A stretch of 49,260 nt of DNA, taken from assembly GCA_008369845.1 (NCBI GenBank), contig MRSU01002297.1:1-49260 (forward strand), given 5' to 3'. This document shows positions 10,412 through 20,656 of the stretch, piece after piece (positions within the stretch are counted from its first letter, which is position 1; each line of letters starts with the position of its first letter). The notes under the pieces were generated by a model. That model was not told the origin of the DNA and did no database searches. It saw nothing but the letters and a program-made list of their open reading frames with translations. A program made the position numbers and the translations under genes. This stretch comes from Trichomonas gallinae (lineage: Eukaryota).

Positions 10412-11134
10412 ATGCCAATCGACAAATCAAAGATTGCTAACTTCAACGAAATCTGGGCCGAATTCGACAGCAAGGAGAAGGGCTTCATCAAGAAAAAGAA
10501 ATTCCATGAATTCATCATGGCATTCATGAATGAAAATTATAACTCTCAACTCGCCTCAAGGCCGTATATTGATGATGATGAAGGCTACGATCCAGACATT
10601 GAGGAGGATCCTGATCATCCAAGACCAATCAAATTCATTGGCGTTAAAGAATTCCATGAGAGAACCACAGATTTCCTCTTTTCTTCCTTCGATATCAACA
10701 ATGAAGGCATCATTACAAAGCCACAGGCCTTGAACTGCATCAAGGGCCTCTCTGGTTACCTCCAGGGTTTCGAACTCAAGGTTTTCTTCAGAGTCCTTGA
10801 CGTTAACAGAGACCAGAAGATTTCTCGTGAAGAGATGTGCAAGATGAAATACTACTTGGGTCTCCCATACTCTGAATCAACAATGCTTAAGAACTTCGAT
10901 AACAAGCTCGGCAAGCAATTCAAGTCAGTTAATTATAAGAAGTTCTTCTACTTGTTCAAAGATAAAACAACAGAAGAAGAAACAGCTTACGATCCAAAGT
11001 TGTTCACAATCAAGCCACCAGAGGATGATAAGAAGAAGAAGGATGATAAGAAAGATGATAAGAAGAAGGATAAGAAGAAGAAGGATGATGATAGTGGAGA
11101 AGGAACTGAAGGAAACTGTTGCTTACTTATTTAA
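10412..11134 (+). CDS. EF-hand calcium-binding protein with K/D-rich tail and C-terminal CaaX (CCLLI)
   Basis: EF loops DSKEKGFIKKKK, DINNEGIITKPQ, DVNRDQKISREE; low-complexity DDKKK repeats; terminal CCLLI prenylation motif. Confidence 0.85.
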   Translation: MPIDKSKIANFNEIWAEFDSKEKGFIKKKKFHEFIMAFMNENYNSQLASRPYIDDDEGYDPDIEEDPDHPRPIKFIGVKEFHERTTDFLFSSFDINNEGIITKPQALNCIKGLSGYLQGFELKVFFRVLDVNRDQKISREEMCKMKYYLGLPYSESTMLKNFDNKLGKQFKSVNYKKFFYLFKDKTTEEETAYDPKLFTIKPPEDDKKKKDDKKDDKKKDKKKKDDDSGEGTEGNCCLLI

Positions 11135-11320
11135 ACCCCATGGATTTAAATCTTTGTTTAAAATAATTATGCCGTTATCTTTTTGTACAGCATGAATAAA
11201 TCATAATATATCCAACCAATCATACACAAGACAACAAACTCTTCGCTGACTGTTTAAGCGACCAAAAAAAGGTCTGCATAAAATTTAGTTTTTCATCCGA
11301 AAAAGTGCCGGATTTTTGTG

Positions 11321-11680
11321 ATGGAAAAAATTCCTGTTTCGTGTACTATAAATAAGGACAGAAACAGCTTCTATTTGACTGTGGACCTGAACCATGGAGT
11401 CCAGAGAATTCTTCTTTATGAGTCAATGAAATCTTTATGGTCGAAGCATGAGATTTTAATTAACAAATCCATCTTTATTTTAAAGGATGATGGTATAACT
11501 TATATTGTTAAGACATCAGCTAAAGAGTTCACTATAACTTTCCAAGAAAAAGCGCAAGCAGAATTATTATACAAGAATTACGTTAGTAGATCTACAATTA
11601 CACAAGACAAAAACACAATTACTAGTCTTGAGGGGCAGATGAAGGGAACATGGCCATTTCCAGCTTTCGAATGTTACTAA
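11321..11680 (+). CDS. Hypothetical protein, possible PH-like fold
   Basis: 119-aa ORF from ATG 11321; beta-strand pattern ending in FTITFQEKAQAELLYK helix; AAAGTGCC M2-like motif just upstream. Confidence 0.5.
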   Translation: MEKIPVSCTINKDRNSFYLTVDLNHGVQRILLYESMKSLWSKHEILINKSIFILKDDGITYIVKTSAKEFTITFQEKAQAELLYKNYVSRSTITQDKNTITSLEGQMKGTWPFPAFECY

Positions 11681-12807
11681 TTCGCGATCACTTTTTCATT
11701 TAATTTTCCAAATCGCTATAGAACTAAATTGTTCGCAATATGAACTCAAAAAACTCATTAATATGTATTAATTAATGAATTTTAGTGACTAGATTATTAT
11801 TCGTAATCTCAATATCTTTTCATTCATTTGTTCAGCTTTTGCTACTACATTATCTTATAGACAAAGATCCAAACTTTGTCATTCTTGGCTTGAAACACTT
11901 AGGCCAATTATTTTGATGAAAATTTTCAAGCCGATTTAGGCCCTGTTGTATGAATTCATCGACTAAATAATTAGTATGTTTTAATTAATGATTCCGATAT
12001 TCGAAAATAATAGAATAAAATTTTCCTGAATTTCATTTTTACGTTTTATAATCATAAAATTATTATAAATGTATTATTAACAAAATTTCTTTTTATTTGG
12101 CATAGTTTATGGCTACGTTTTCCCATAATATTAAAAACAATTGATGAAAAAACTTATAAATTTCAAAATCAATGCATTACAACTGATGCTGATGATATCA
12201 TGAGACGATAAAATTAAGATTTTATATCAGGAACAATATAACTCATACAAAAGTTAATGTTTTTTTCATTGTTTTGTGTAAAGTATCCAATTAAGTGGTG
12301 TCCAGATTAATAATCAGGTGTATATCGAGAATACTTCGATATTTATCGATTTCGATAATATTCAAAATTTATCAAATTTAAAATCTCCACAGGCACTCCC
12401 AAAAAGTATTGAAATTAGGTATATGCATTGTTCCAATAATAAAAACTTTAATCAAGATTTGATTTAATGGATTTTGATGATTTCCTTAATAAATCTTCTA
12501 AATCTTGATCGGCCGCCCATCATTCTATCGCATTGCTTAATTATGATGTAAGACTTTACTAGGATGAATCTTCTTCATTAATTTTGAAAAATCAAGTCGA
12601 CAAGAATCGATTTGTGATAAATTTTGTCAAGTAAATTATTTTACATAACCTTTTACATCCATTCAAAGTGATCTTAATGGCGATTCTCATTCAAGAATAA
12701 GCTTCTTTAATATGCCATGTTGTCGAGCGATTTTCTATCACCTTATACATAATAATAAACTCAAACAAAAATATATTATACCTAAAAGAAAAATCAGATC
12801 ATTAATA

Positions 12808-12956
12808 ATTTACATGACAAAATTATCTTCAGTTTTGACATGTAATTTTCAAATTATATTGCCAAATAAATTTATTTACTTGTCAGAAAGTATATTATTT
12901 TGACATGTAAATATTTGAAAATTACTGCCAAATAAACGAGTTTACTTGCCAGAAAA
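12808..12956. repeat. TTTAC/TGAC(TGCC) motif array
   Basis: TTTACATGACAAAA, TTTGACATGTAA (x2), TTTACTTGTCAGAAA, TTTACTTGCCAGAAA, TGCCAAATAAA (x2). Confidence 0.7.
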
Positions 12957-13608
12957 TATATTTATTTTGAATCTTTATAGCACTCCGAAGAGCAAAAAGA
13001 AATATATCCCAGACGATCAGATCGTTATACCAAATTCGCATATACCTCTTCCGAAAGGAGGAATTAAGTCATATTCAATGTCTTTAGAAAAATTTAAAGA
13101 TTTGTTAAAAGGAATTATCATTGCCAATTCTAGCATTGCATCGAAAAATCTTGAATCAGAAATATGCAGGATCGCTGATTTTTTACCAGGAGTTTACTTT
13201 CATAAATATGTTCGATTATTAAATGGCTTCTGTTATGCTATGGTAATTGAAGAAATTAAAACTAATGTCTCAGTATTTTCAACAGCAGCAATACCATATT
13301 TCGATAACACAAACACTCTCAAAGTTTTTCGACCAATTATGGGAAACACAATCAATAGAATTACCGGACAGTTGATAACTGGCTCACAAGATGATATATA
13401 CTGGTTTTGGGAAGAAACTAACTGGGGAGCTCCACGTCCTCACGGACCGATCAAATTAGACGATTCTGTTTTTGATAGATTGGTGATTTCTTTTGAACTA
13501 ATGGAAAAAGAAATCGAAGCAAGAGTTAAGATATATCCAAAGCCAGATACTGATCAAGTTAAACTCGGTATTCAGTCAATAAGAACATTGGGTGAATCTC
13601 TTTATTAA
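12946..13608 (+). CDS. Hypothetical protein, start uncertain (TTG 12946; first ATG 13078)
   Basis: 220-codon open frame with coding-like composition; no family recognised. Confidence 0.55.
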   Translation: MPENIFILNLYSTPKSKKKYIPDDQIVIPNSHIPLPKGGIKSYSMSLEKFKDLLKGIIIANSSIASKNLESEICRIADFLPGVYFHKYVRLLNGFCYAMVIEEIKTNVSVFSTAAIPYFDNTNTLKVFRPIMGNTINRITGQLITGSQDDIYWFWEETNWGAPRPHGPIKLDDSVFDRLVISFELMEKEIEARVKIYPKPDTDQVKLGIQSIRTLGESLY

Positions 13609-14320
13609 TCTATTCATCAATGTATAACGGAAAGACACTTAAATTACATTACATTTCAATTCATTTTTTTCATATTTGATTTCTTTGTTAATTGTCGTCG
13701 TTAATGCTTATCAAGGTATTTGTTATTAAAGTAATTGAAGTTTTGAGTTGCAAAATTTCATTGAATCCATTAGATATTTCTTGATCAAAAATATTATTGT
13801 TACTAAGATCAAAAAACAATATTAATGAACATAAAATGGTTACTATATTGTTTTCTCAACCTTCTTTTATTGCTTCTTTACTCAATATTTTAATCAAATC
13901 TTAATTAAATGAATCAAGAATTGTTCTGAATTCATCTCTATTTATGACAAATGTATTATTGTTTTCACATCTCAAAAATGTTATTCTCAATTAAGATATA
14001 TTTTTGCGAAATATAACCATTATAGGGAACATAGAAATACTTAATAACATTATCGCATATGCTTTTGGATCCATATTATATATTATGTATCAAAGAAATA
14101 TTTTGGAAAAGACAATTTTTTTGTGTAATACTCGACTGTTAATCGTATGAACTAAAACACATATATGTGCAGTTGCTATTTATGGGTGTTAAACGACGAG
14201 TGAATCGTTTGGCTCAATCGATTTTTGAAAAACCTGGCATTATTCTTTTTGATATGCGAGTCAATAGTAAAAACCTTATCAATGACAAATTCATTAAAGA
14301 CCAATTTTTAAATTCGTTTT

Positions 14321-14929
14321 ATGAATTCATCAGATCCAGTTCAAGTTTGCGATCCGGGAATAGGCATCGGCATGGATGTTTTTGTACTCGATGTCAACGG
14401 GTATGACATATTCAAAGGAAAAATCATCGATAATTCTTCAAATTTGTGGTCGGTCAAATATTATAACAACAAAAACATCGAATCATTAATATCAACACAT
14501 CGTGTTTACGCTATTGACAATGAGTACTATCAGCAAATGTTTCAAGTTCAAGAAAGAGGAAGAATTCTTGTGAGTCAATTAGAAACTTCTAATCAGTCCG
14601 AAATAATAGAGCCAGCAACATCTCCTACATTTAAATTCGAAGATTATGCACCAAAAAAGCAAACTACGAAAAATATATTTAAAGTCAAGAATAAAACAAA
14701 GCAACCTCCGAAACAAAATACACCAAAACCTAATACTAACCAGATAAAGCCAGTTACACAACAAATACAAGAAAACAAATCAACAGAAAAAGAAATACAC
14801 ACTAATATTGTATTAAAGCTTCAAGACCTGAGCGAATCTACTAAAGTATCGTCAATATCATACACACAAAAGTCCAATACCGCGCAATCCACATGGACTC
14901 TCTCAATAAACTTCTCGAATGAGAAATAG
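14321..14929 (+). CDS. Hypothetical protein with N-terminal Tudor/chromo-barrel-like segment
   Basis: GMDVFVLDVNGYDIFKGKII...WSVKY resembles Tudor-knot beta barrel; K/Q/T/P-rich low-complexity C-terminal half. Confidence 0.55.
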   Translation: MNSSDPVQVCDPGIGIGMDVFVLDVNGYDIFKGKIIDNSSNLWSVKYYNNKNIESLISTHRVYAIDNEYYQQMFQVQERGRILVSQLETSNQSEIIEPATSPTFKFEDYAPKKQTTKNIFKVKNKTKQPPKQNTPKPNTNQIKPVTQQIQENKSTEKEIHTNIVLKLQDLSESTKVSSISYTQKSNTAQSTWTLSINFSNEK

Positions 14930-15224
14930 AACCAAAATAATCGCAAATCTAAACTCCCAAAAGCATAGGTTTTACACTGGTCAATGTTTGGTAAAGATTT
15001 AGACAACTAAATTTCTGACATTTGTCAAAAATTCACCAGGTTATTAATTGAAGTCTACTAGCTTAAGAAATTAGAGCTGAACAAACTTAATAGGTGAAAA
15101 TGATAGTATAACTTATACCCTAATACCATGAGAAATTTAGAAGGAATTTATTCAGAAGATTATGCATACAAGCCTCTAAAAAGATCCAAGAAAAATTGGA
15201 AAATAAATAATGCCAACAATTGTT

Positions 15225-15256
15225 GTCACTTTTCATTCACGGTGAAATGTCACTTT
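15225..15256 (+). promoter_or_regulatory. Tandem GTCACTTT initiator (Inr TCACT) elements
   Basis: GTCACTTT at 15225 and 15249, the second ending 10 nt before ATG 15267. Confidence 0.65.
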
Positions 15257-15266
15257 TATTTTTTCG

Positions 15267-15935
15267 ATGACTTATTTCAACGTTTCTATTGAGTTCGCAC
15301 AGACTGTTCCAGGTCTTGAGATTGTCCTTCAATTCGCAGAGATGATGCAGAGCTCACTCCCAACAATTGCCATCGCGTTTGCAAATTACGGAATTTGCTT
15401 GATTGATAATTTCATGGTTTCAATAGAAAGTCAAGATCCAGCTGGCCTTGCTGCAAGAAATATCCTCAAGGGTCTAATAGCCGGAAAGCCATGCGCTGAT
15501 GCTGAAACTCTCGATTCTTTTGGTAGTAAAGTTATGATTGCTGCAGACATTTCGCAAAATCGCGTTGATCTCATTAAATTAGCTTATATCGCATTTGCTG
15601 CTACATCTGTTTACGGTCCAATGAAAAATTCTACACAAACTAGATTAAATAGATGCACACAAATTTTAGAAGAAGCTACGACACAGGGAGGAATGGGCGA
15701 AATGCCAGATGATCCATCCTTGGATATCCCAACTAATACACCAGCTGCATCAAATCCATATACTCCACAACCTGCTGTTACAAATTCATACTATCAGCCA
15801 GAACCATCAATGCCAACGGAAGATCCAAAGCATCTCAAATTAGCAAAGATCGCTCAGGAAGCATTCAGAGAAGGAGCCTATGATATTGCATTAACAGCTG
15901 TCATGGCTGCCATGAAGGAGCTTGAAGGAAAGTAA
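15267..15935 (+). CDS. VTA1: Vta1-like ESCRT/Vps4 cofactor
   Basis: Helical N-domain (AEMMQSSLPTIAIAFANYG resembling Vta1 MIT start), P/T/S-rich linker, C-terminal KHLKLAKIAQEAFREGAYDIALTAVMAAMKEL resembling the VSL domain. Confidence 0.6.
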   Translation: MTYFNVSIEFAQTVPGLEIVLQFAEMMQSSLPTIAIAFANYGICLIDNFMVSIESQDPAGLAARNILKGLIAGKPCADAETLDSFGSKVMIAADISQNRVDLIKLAYIAFAATSVYGPMKNSTQTRLNRCTQILEEATTQGGMGEMPDDPSLDIPTNTPAASNPYTPQPAVTNSYYQPEPSMPTEDPKHLKLAKIAQEAFREGAYDIALTAVMAAMKELEGK

Positions 15936-16240
15936 ATTTATACTATTATTTTTTTGGTTATTTCTAAAATATCGATTTTCTGTTATATCGTTTTATTTCC
16001 AAAAATATGGCTCCAAATAATATAACTTTTGACTTCTAAGCCAAAACATAGAATGCTTTAGGCTAAGAAACGAATATCGATTTAGGAAATCAGAAATCTA
16101 AAGGGAAATCAAAGATTTGCTATGCATAGATATGACATGTTTCAATGCTATAGTTTAATGAATTACGTAGTTATCATTTCGATAGAAATGAGTTAAATAT
16201 GAAAATAATAACAAAGTTACAAACTAGTAAATGCTTTTAT

Positions 16241-16819
16241 TTACTGATTTGTTGGGGCACGATTGAAGCGGCGGCGTCTCAAGAGTGGGCGTGGGTTTGG
16301 AGAGTTGAATGGCCTGTAGGAATGCCTAAGAACGGACTGTGTTGTGCCATCGAGGGAGAATTTGCCGTTCTCCTTGACAGCGTTGACCTGGAGCTCCTCG
16401 GTTTCGAACTGGATGAAAGCGTATGGGCTGCGTGTTTCAAGGCGTGGTCTGATGACCTTGCAGTTGATTGGCTTGTAGGCAGCGAACTTTGTCTTGATGG
16501 CATCCTCTGTAACATCCTTTGGAAGGAAAGCGGCGTATGCTGTGTCGCGGGCCTTGCGAACCTGTGGGCGAGCCTCTGTAACTTTGACCTGGCGATTCAA
16601 GATTGTGACTGGTGGGGCAGCGAGAGCCTTCTGAAGACCTTCTCTTGTCTCGAACTCAACAAAGCCGAAGCCGCGTGAGAGAACTTTTCCACGGAAGCGT
16701 GTTGTGATGATACGAGCGCTCTTGACTGGGGCAATAGCAGCGAAGGCATCACCAAGGGCCTGTGTGGATGCAGAGAAGGAGATGTTGTTGACGAAAATCG
16801 AGGTGTTGGGGGCAGACAT
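16241..16819 (-). CDS. Two-RRM RNA-binding protein with Arg-rich C-terminus
   Basis: Likely ATG 16819 (MSAPNTSIFVNNI, RNP2); RNP1 RGFGFVEF and PYAFIQF; Inr TCACT 16 nt upstream; GC3-rich codons. Confidence 0.88.
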   Translation of the reverse strand: MSAPNTSIFVNNISFSASTQALGDAFAAIAPVKSARIITTRFRGKVLSRGFGFVEFETREGLQKALAAPPVTILNRQVKVTEARPQVRKARDTAYAAFLPKDVTEDAIKTKFAAYKPINCKVIRPRLETRSPYAFIQFETEELQVNAVKENGKFSLDGTTQSVLRHSYRPFNSPNPRPLLRRRRFNRAPTNQ

Positions 16820-18475
16820 TCCTATGGCCGACCAAAAAGTGAGATTTGACTTGATTTGTAAAGTTATCAAATCATGATTGTTTTCTTTTATTTGATATAT
16901 GGCTTTTAATGCACAACCAATCCAATTAACGAATGTTTGTTGACTTTTAGAAAAAAAGTTATCGTTTTGAACAGATAACATGTTATTCGGTTTTAGTTAA
17001 TATAGAAGAATCAATAAAACCAAAAATTGAAACTTTCTGGGTAATACTGTGAGAATCAGACCAAATATTTGAAGTTTGGTCACAAGGAGTAAAGAATCAT
17101 ATACAGTTTGTTTTTATTGATCTATCAATAAATTAATCCATTCATACTCACGATCGAAAATAAAAATATCAGATATAATCATTCGATTTTTGCCATATAT
17201 CAATATTCATATTGTACACAGCGAATTCTTTCGATCCAATTATGATAAAAACATTGTTTTCATTCAACTATTAATGTCTGAATTTGTGACTCATCAAATT
17301 CATATTTAGCATCAATATATGAATAGTTTCGTCACATTTAATGGTAACTGGCTTAGCAAACACAAATAATTCCATAATTTTTCAAAAATATCCTTTTTCG
17401 ATTCTTTTTTTCGTAGTTATTGTGAAACTTTGGAGTAAATCTATATTGTTTCACTTTTTCTAATACATTCAGAGTAAAATTCAAAGATTTAATCACAAAA
17501 TATACCAACTCTAAAATATCAAGATTAAAACTGTCTTAACAATCTGACAAGGTCACTAGCTTCGTTAAGCTTTTACCAGATTCAAAATACAGTCAGTGTT
17601 GAACAGAAATTAATTCTAATTCAATATTCAGAAATAAATAGGTATAAAATATAACCATTAAACAGATCTCCCCATTAATATGCATCTTTGAGAAACTCAA
17701 ATCAGTTATAGAAAATGATTTAATTCATATCTAGAAAGGTTATGTTATTTATCTATATTCTGCAATGCGGTTGTGAGTATTTCAAGCAAATAAGGTGCTG
17801 CCGTTGTTGGAATCAAAGCATGTCATTGTTTATTGATTATAATTGAGATTGCAAATGAATTTAACGAGTTACATTTCTACTCTTCTGTATTTGCTGTTGC
17901 AACAGGCTAAAATACAATTATTATGTTCTTAACTTATAGTTCCAGCAAAAATTGGCAAGAATTTTGACATTTCTTAAATATTACGTTTAATACACTTTTG
18001 TAGGCTACTCATCTAGCAGTGAATTGAATCATATTAACTACTGTAAGCTGGATAGTCGAGAAAAACATATTTTGATTTCGAAATTTAAATATAATCAAAT
18101 TAGTCGAGAAAAGGTACTTTCTGTTTCAGATTCTTCAATAAATAGATTAATTGAAGAGTTTTCCTCTAGAAATTGCAATACTTGATGTAATTTTCATCAA
18201 CTTTTCAATAATCGAATTTTTCTCATGAAATTCAAATACATACGTTTTGAATCCTTTCTCATATATATAGTTTCTGAGAGGATTTCATTCTCTCTAAAAA
18301 TATATAAAAAAAAAAAAAAAACAACTATATTTCATGCAAGCCAATTAATTTTAATGAATATGTAGGCGCGCATGTGATATATTTTGATGAAATTTGTGTA
18401 TTTTAGAAAATATATTTAAATTTTGATTAAAGAGTATTTTTGATTTTTGTAATTTGTTATTTATGATAGGTTTGT

Positions 18476-18769
18476 TTAAACAAGAGGATCAGGATCACAA
18501 GCGCTCTTAACTATCTTCTTGTATCTGAGGTTTCGAATGATAAAGAATGCGGCAACAGCAATGATTATAAGACCAATAATCACAACTGATGCAATTATTC
18601 CAATCTCGCTTTTGGTTAAACCTTGTTTTGATGCATCATCATCACCAGCATATGGATCTATCCATGATGGGGTCTCCGTTGGCCACTGTTCAGCTGCAGG
18701 AGCAGGTTTCCATGGTGCGGTGGCTGTTGGCCAATAAGTAGCCACCATCAAACTTAAGATGAGTAGCAT
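18476..18769 (-). CDS. Small type I membrane protein (signal peptide, Pro/Thr/Trp-rich ectodomain, one TM)
   Basis: MLLILSLMVA signal-like start; WPTATAPWKPAPAAEQWPTETPSW; TM IGIIASVVIIGLIIIAVAAFFII then RNLRYKK; AAAGTGAC on minus strand upstream (18801-18808). Confidence 0.75.
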   Translation of the reverse strand: MLLILSLMVATYWPTATAPWKPAPAAEQWPTETPSWIDPYAGDDDASKQGLTKSEIGIIASVVIIGLIIIAVAAFFIIRNLRYKKIVKSACDPDPLV

Positions 18770-19313
18770 GATTGACACTTTTTTAAAAAACTATGAATTT
18801 GTCACTTTTTAGTAATGAATCTCTATACCATTATTATGTGCTTAATGCTCTCATCATTGTTGGTTTTAATACCCACAAAATTTGTCAGAATGCGGATACA
18901 TATTGAGCAGTGAAAATTCAGTGGCTGATAAGTTGTCACTTTTGGATTTAATTCGGCACTTTTAAGGATATGTCACTTTTAATGATTGTAATTTATGACC
19001 AATCATAATATTGTCATTTATACTTGTCGCTATTCATGTATGTCTGACAATTTGACATTGTAAATTATTCCTTTTTGACAGCTATAACATGGTAGTCTTT
19101 CACTTTCTGTTAGAATTTGTTTTGAAGATATTTAGCACAGCTACTAATAATTCCATTATTTATTGCATTTTCGAAGTTTGAAATCATATTCTCATTGTGA
19201 TATTGTTTAATATGACACGTAAAGTGTTAAATCTGGCATGAAATCAGAACATTACAATAAAATTTGACGAATGTTTGAATTATTGACACTTTTATAAAAA
19301 TTGACAAATATAA

Positions 19314-19973
19314 ATGGATATCAAAGTTACAGATTTAGTTGCAGCAAAAATGGCATCAATAACGAGTGAATTCATTAAGGATCCTATGGCTAGTATATTT
19401 GTGAATCCATTTGTTCCTGATGAATCGATTGCACAATCATACTATAAAATTGTAAAGAATCCAATGGATTTAAAGTCAGTAAAGAAAGGGATTTCAGATG
19501 GTAAATACAAAACAATATCACAATGGGAAAATGATTTCAAACTTATCTTCGAAAATGCAATAAATTATAACGGACAAGATTCTATCATTAGTGGCTGTGC
19601 TAAATATCTTCAAAACAAATTTGAACAGAAAGTCAAAGACTTAGAATATCAAAATTTAAAGACATTCGAAGATCAATTAATTAAATTGCGTAATAAGCTT
19701 GCTCTTTTAATGGCAAATCCGCCAGTGAAGAGTGGAATACGTCCACAAATTCAGGATCTCGAAACTCCTGCAGATGATTGGTCAGTCGCAAGATTACACA
19801 ATTTAATGGAAAAATTGAACGAAATTAATAAAGAAAAGCCTAATGAGAAGATATTAGAGCTATTAAATGTTAGTATGGCAAAAGAAAATCCTCAAGATGT
19901 TAATATCAATCTAAATAAGTTAACAAGATCTCAATTGTTAGAACTAGAAAAATTTGTTACGTCTTCTCAATAG
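19314..19973 (+). CDS. Bromodomain protein with ET-like C-terminus
   Basis: IFVNPF...YYKIVKNPMDL...Y....W..DF.LIFENAINYN bromodomain signature; INLNKLTRSQLLELEKFV resembles the BET ET domain. Confidence 0.92.
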   Translation: MDIKVTDLVAAKMASITSEFIKDPMASIFVNPFVPDESIAQSYYKIVKNPMDLKSVKKGISDGKYKTISQWENDFKLIFENAINYNGQDSIISGCAKYLQNKFEQKVKDLEYQNLKTFEDQLIKLRNKLALLMANPPVKSGIRPQIQDLETPADDWSVARLHNLMEKLNEINKEKPNEKILELLNVSMAKENPQDVNINLNKLTRSQLLELEKFVTSSQ

Positions 19974-20149
19974 AACTTGCATATTTGTTTAGTAATAAAA
20001 AAAATATTATTTTTTAAAATAACAAACATTATTCTGCATGTAAAAATGACTTTTAATAACAATGTATCATAAATCAAATAATAAAAAGCAAAGTTATTTG
20101 TGTGATTAATAAATTTGAGGATTAATATAGATTATACGCCTGAAATATA

Positions 20150-20446
20150 GGTGTCTAGTGATCCAATATGTAATAATTAGATGCTAAAGCCTTAATTATA
20201 AAAATAATAAAAAACAACATTGAAATTCTGAATAACTACTTAGTTAGTAGACTCAGCTTGTCCTGGAACGCATGAATCAATAAGTTTTAAGACATCTTCA
20301 TCATCTTGTCCTTCAGGCCAATATTTATCATCTTTGATTCTATCAAATTCTTGAATCATTGTTGAATATTTTGTCATAAAAGATGGAACTTCGACATTCA
20401 CTCCATCACTGCAGTGAATTATGATCTTCTTCCTTTCTTCTTCCAT
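20150..20446 (-). pseudogene. Truncated/decayed Skp1-like gene
   Basis: ATG 20446 gives IIIHCSDGVNVEVPSFMTKYSTMI (Skp1 POZ start), stop at 20240; downstream out-of-frame LASNY-LHIGSLD (needs +1 nt) matches Skp1 LAANYLDIKxLLD; GTCACTTT/Inr intact upstream. Confidence 0.6.
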
Positions 20447-20460
20447 GAAAATGAAATCGA

Positions 20461-20656
20461 AAAGTGACAAAATGTAAATTGTCAAAAATCTAAAAAGAAA
20501 ATCGGCAAAAATATGTGTAAATTGGCAAAAATTAAAAGTAAAGTGTCAAAATCAAGCGTAAAATGTCATAAATTAGATGCAAATGTCAAAACTTCAACAT
20601 GTAAAGTGCCAAATTCAAAACGTGTAAATCGACAGAATTAACAATGTAAAGTGAAA
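20461..20656 (+). repeat. Degenerate ~20-22 bp tandem array, core GTAAA-N-TG(T/G/C)CAAA
   Basis: About 8-9 units, e.g. GTAAATTGTCAAAA, GTAAATTGGCAAAA, GTAAAGTGTCAAAA, GTAAAATGTCATAA, GTAAAGTGCCAAA. Confidence 0.8.

Noticed and set aside
11885..11931. Small inverted repeat GGCTTGAAA/TTTCAAGCC
   Set aside because: A 9-11 bp stem is expected by chance in 49 kb; likewise the hairpins near 9893-9927, 16032-16068 and 34508-34525.
14734..14742. ACTAACCAG as intron branch point/3' splice site
   Set aside because: It lies inside a continuous ORF with no matching GT(A/T)(A/T)GT donor; no canonical ACTAACACACAG was seen in the window.
14930..15100. Stop-codon readthrough or alternative genetic code extending the 14321 ORF
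   Set aside because: The frame continues with coding-like text but has several TAG/TAA/TGA stops; conserved genes in the window end normally at all three stops, so decay or chance is more likely.
16199..16678. 159-aa plus-strand ORF antisense to the RRM gene
   Set aside because: Shadow ORF caused by GC3-rich codon bias; the same applies to other short overlapping ORFs in the track (e.g. 5064-5510, 8694-9032, 34031-34447, 35421-35810, 47674-48093).
18307..18320. Poly(A) tract as a retroposon tail
   Set aside because: No TSD or upstream element body recognisable; homopolymers are common here.
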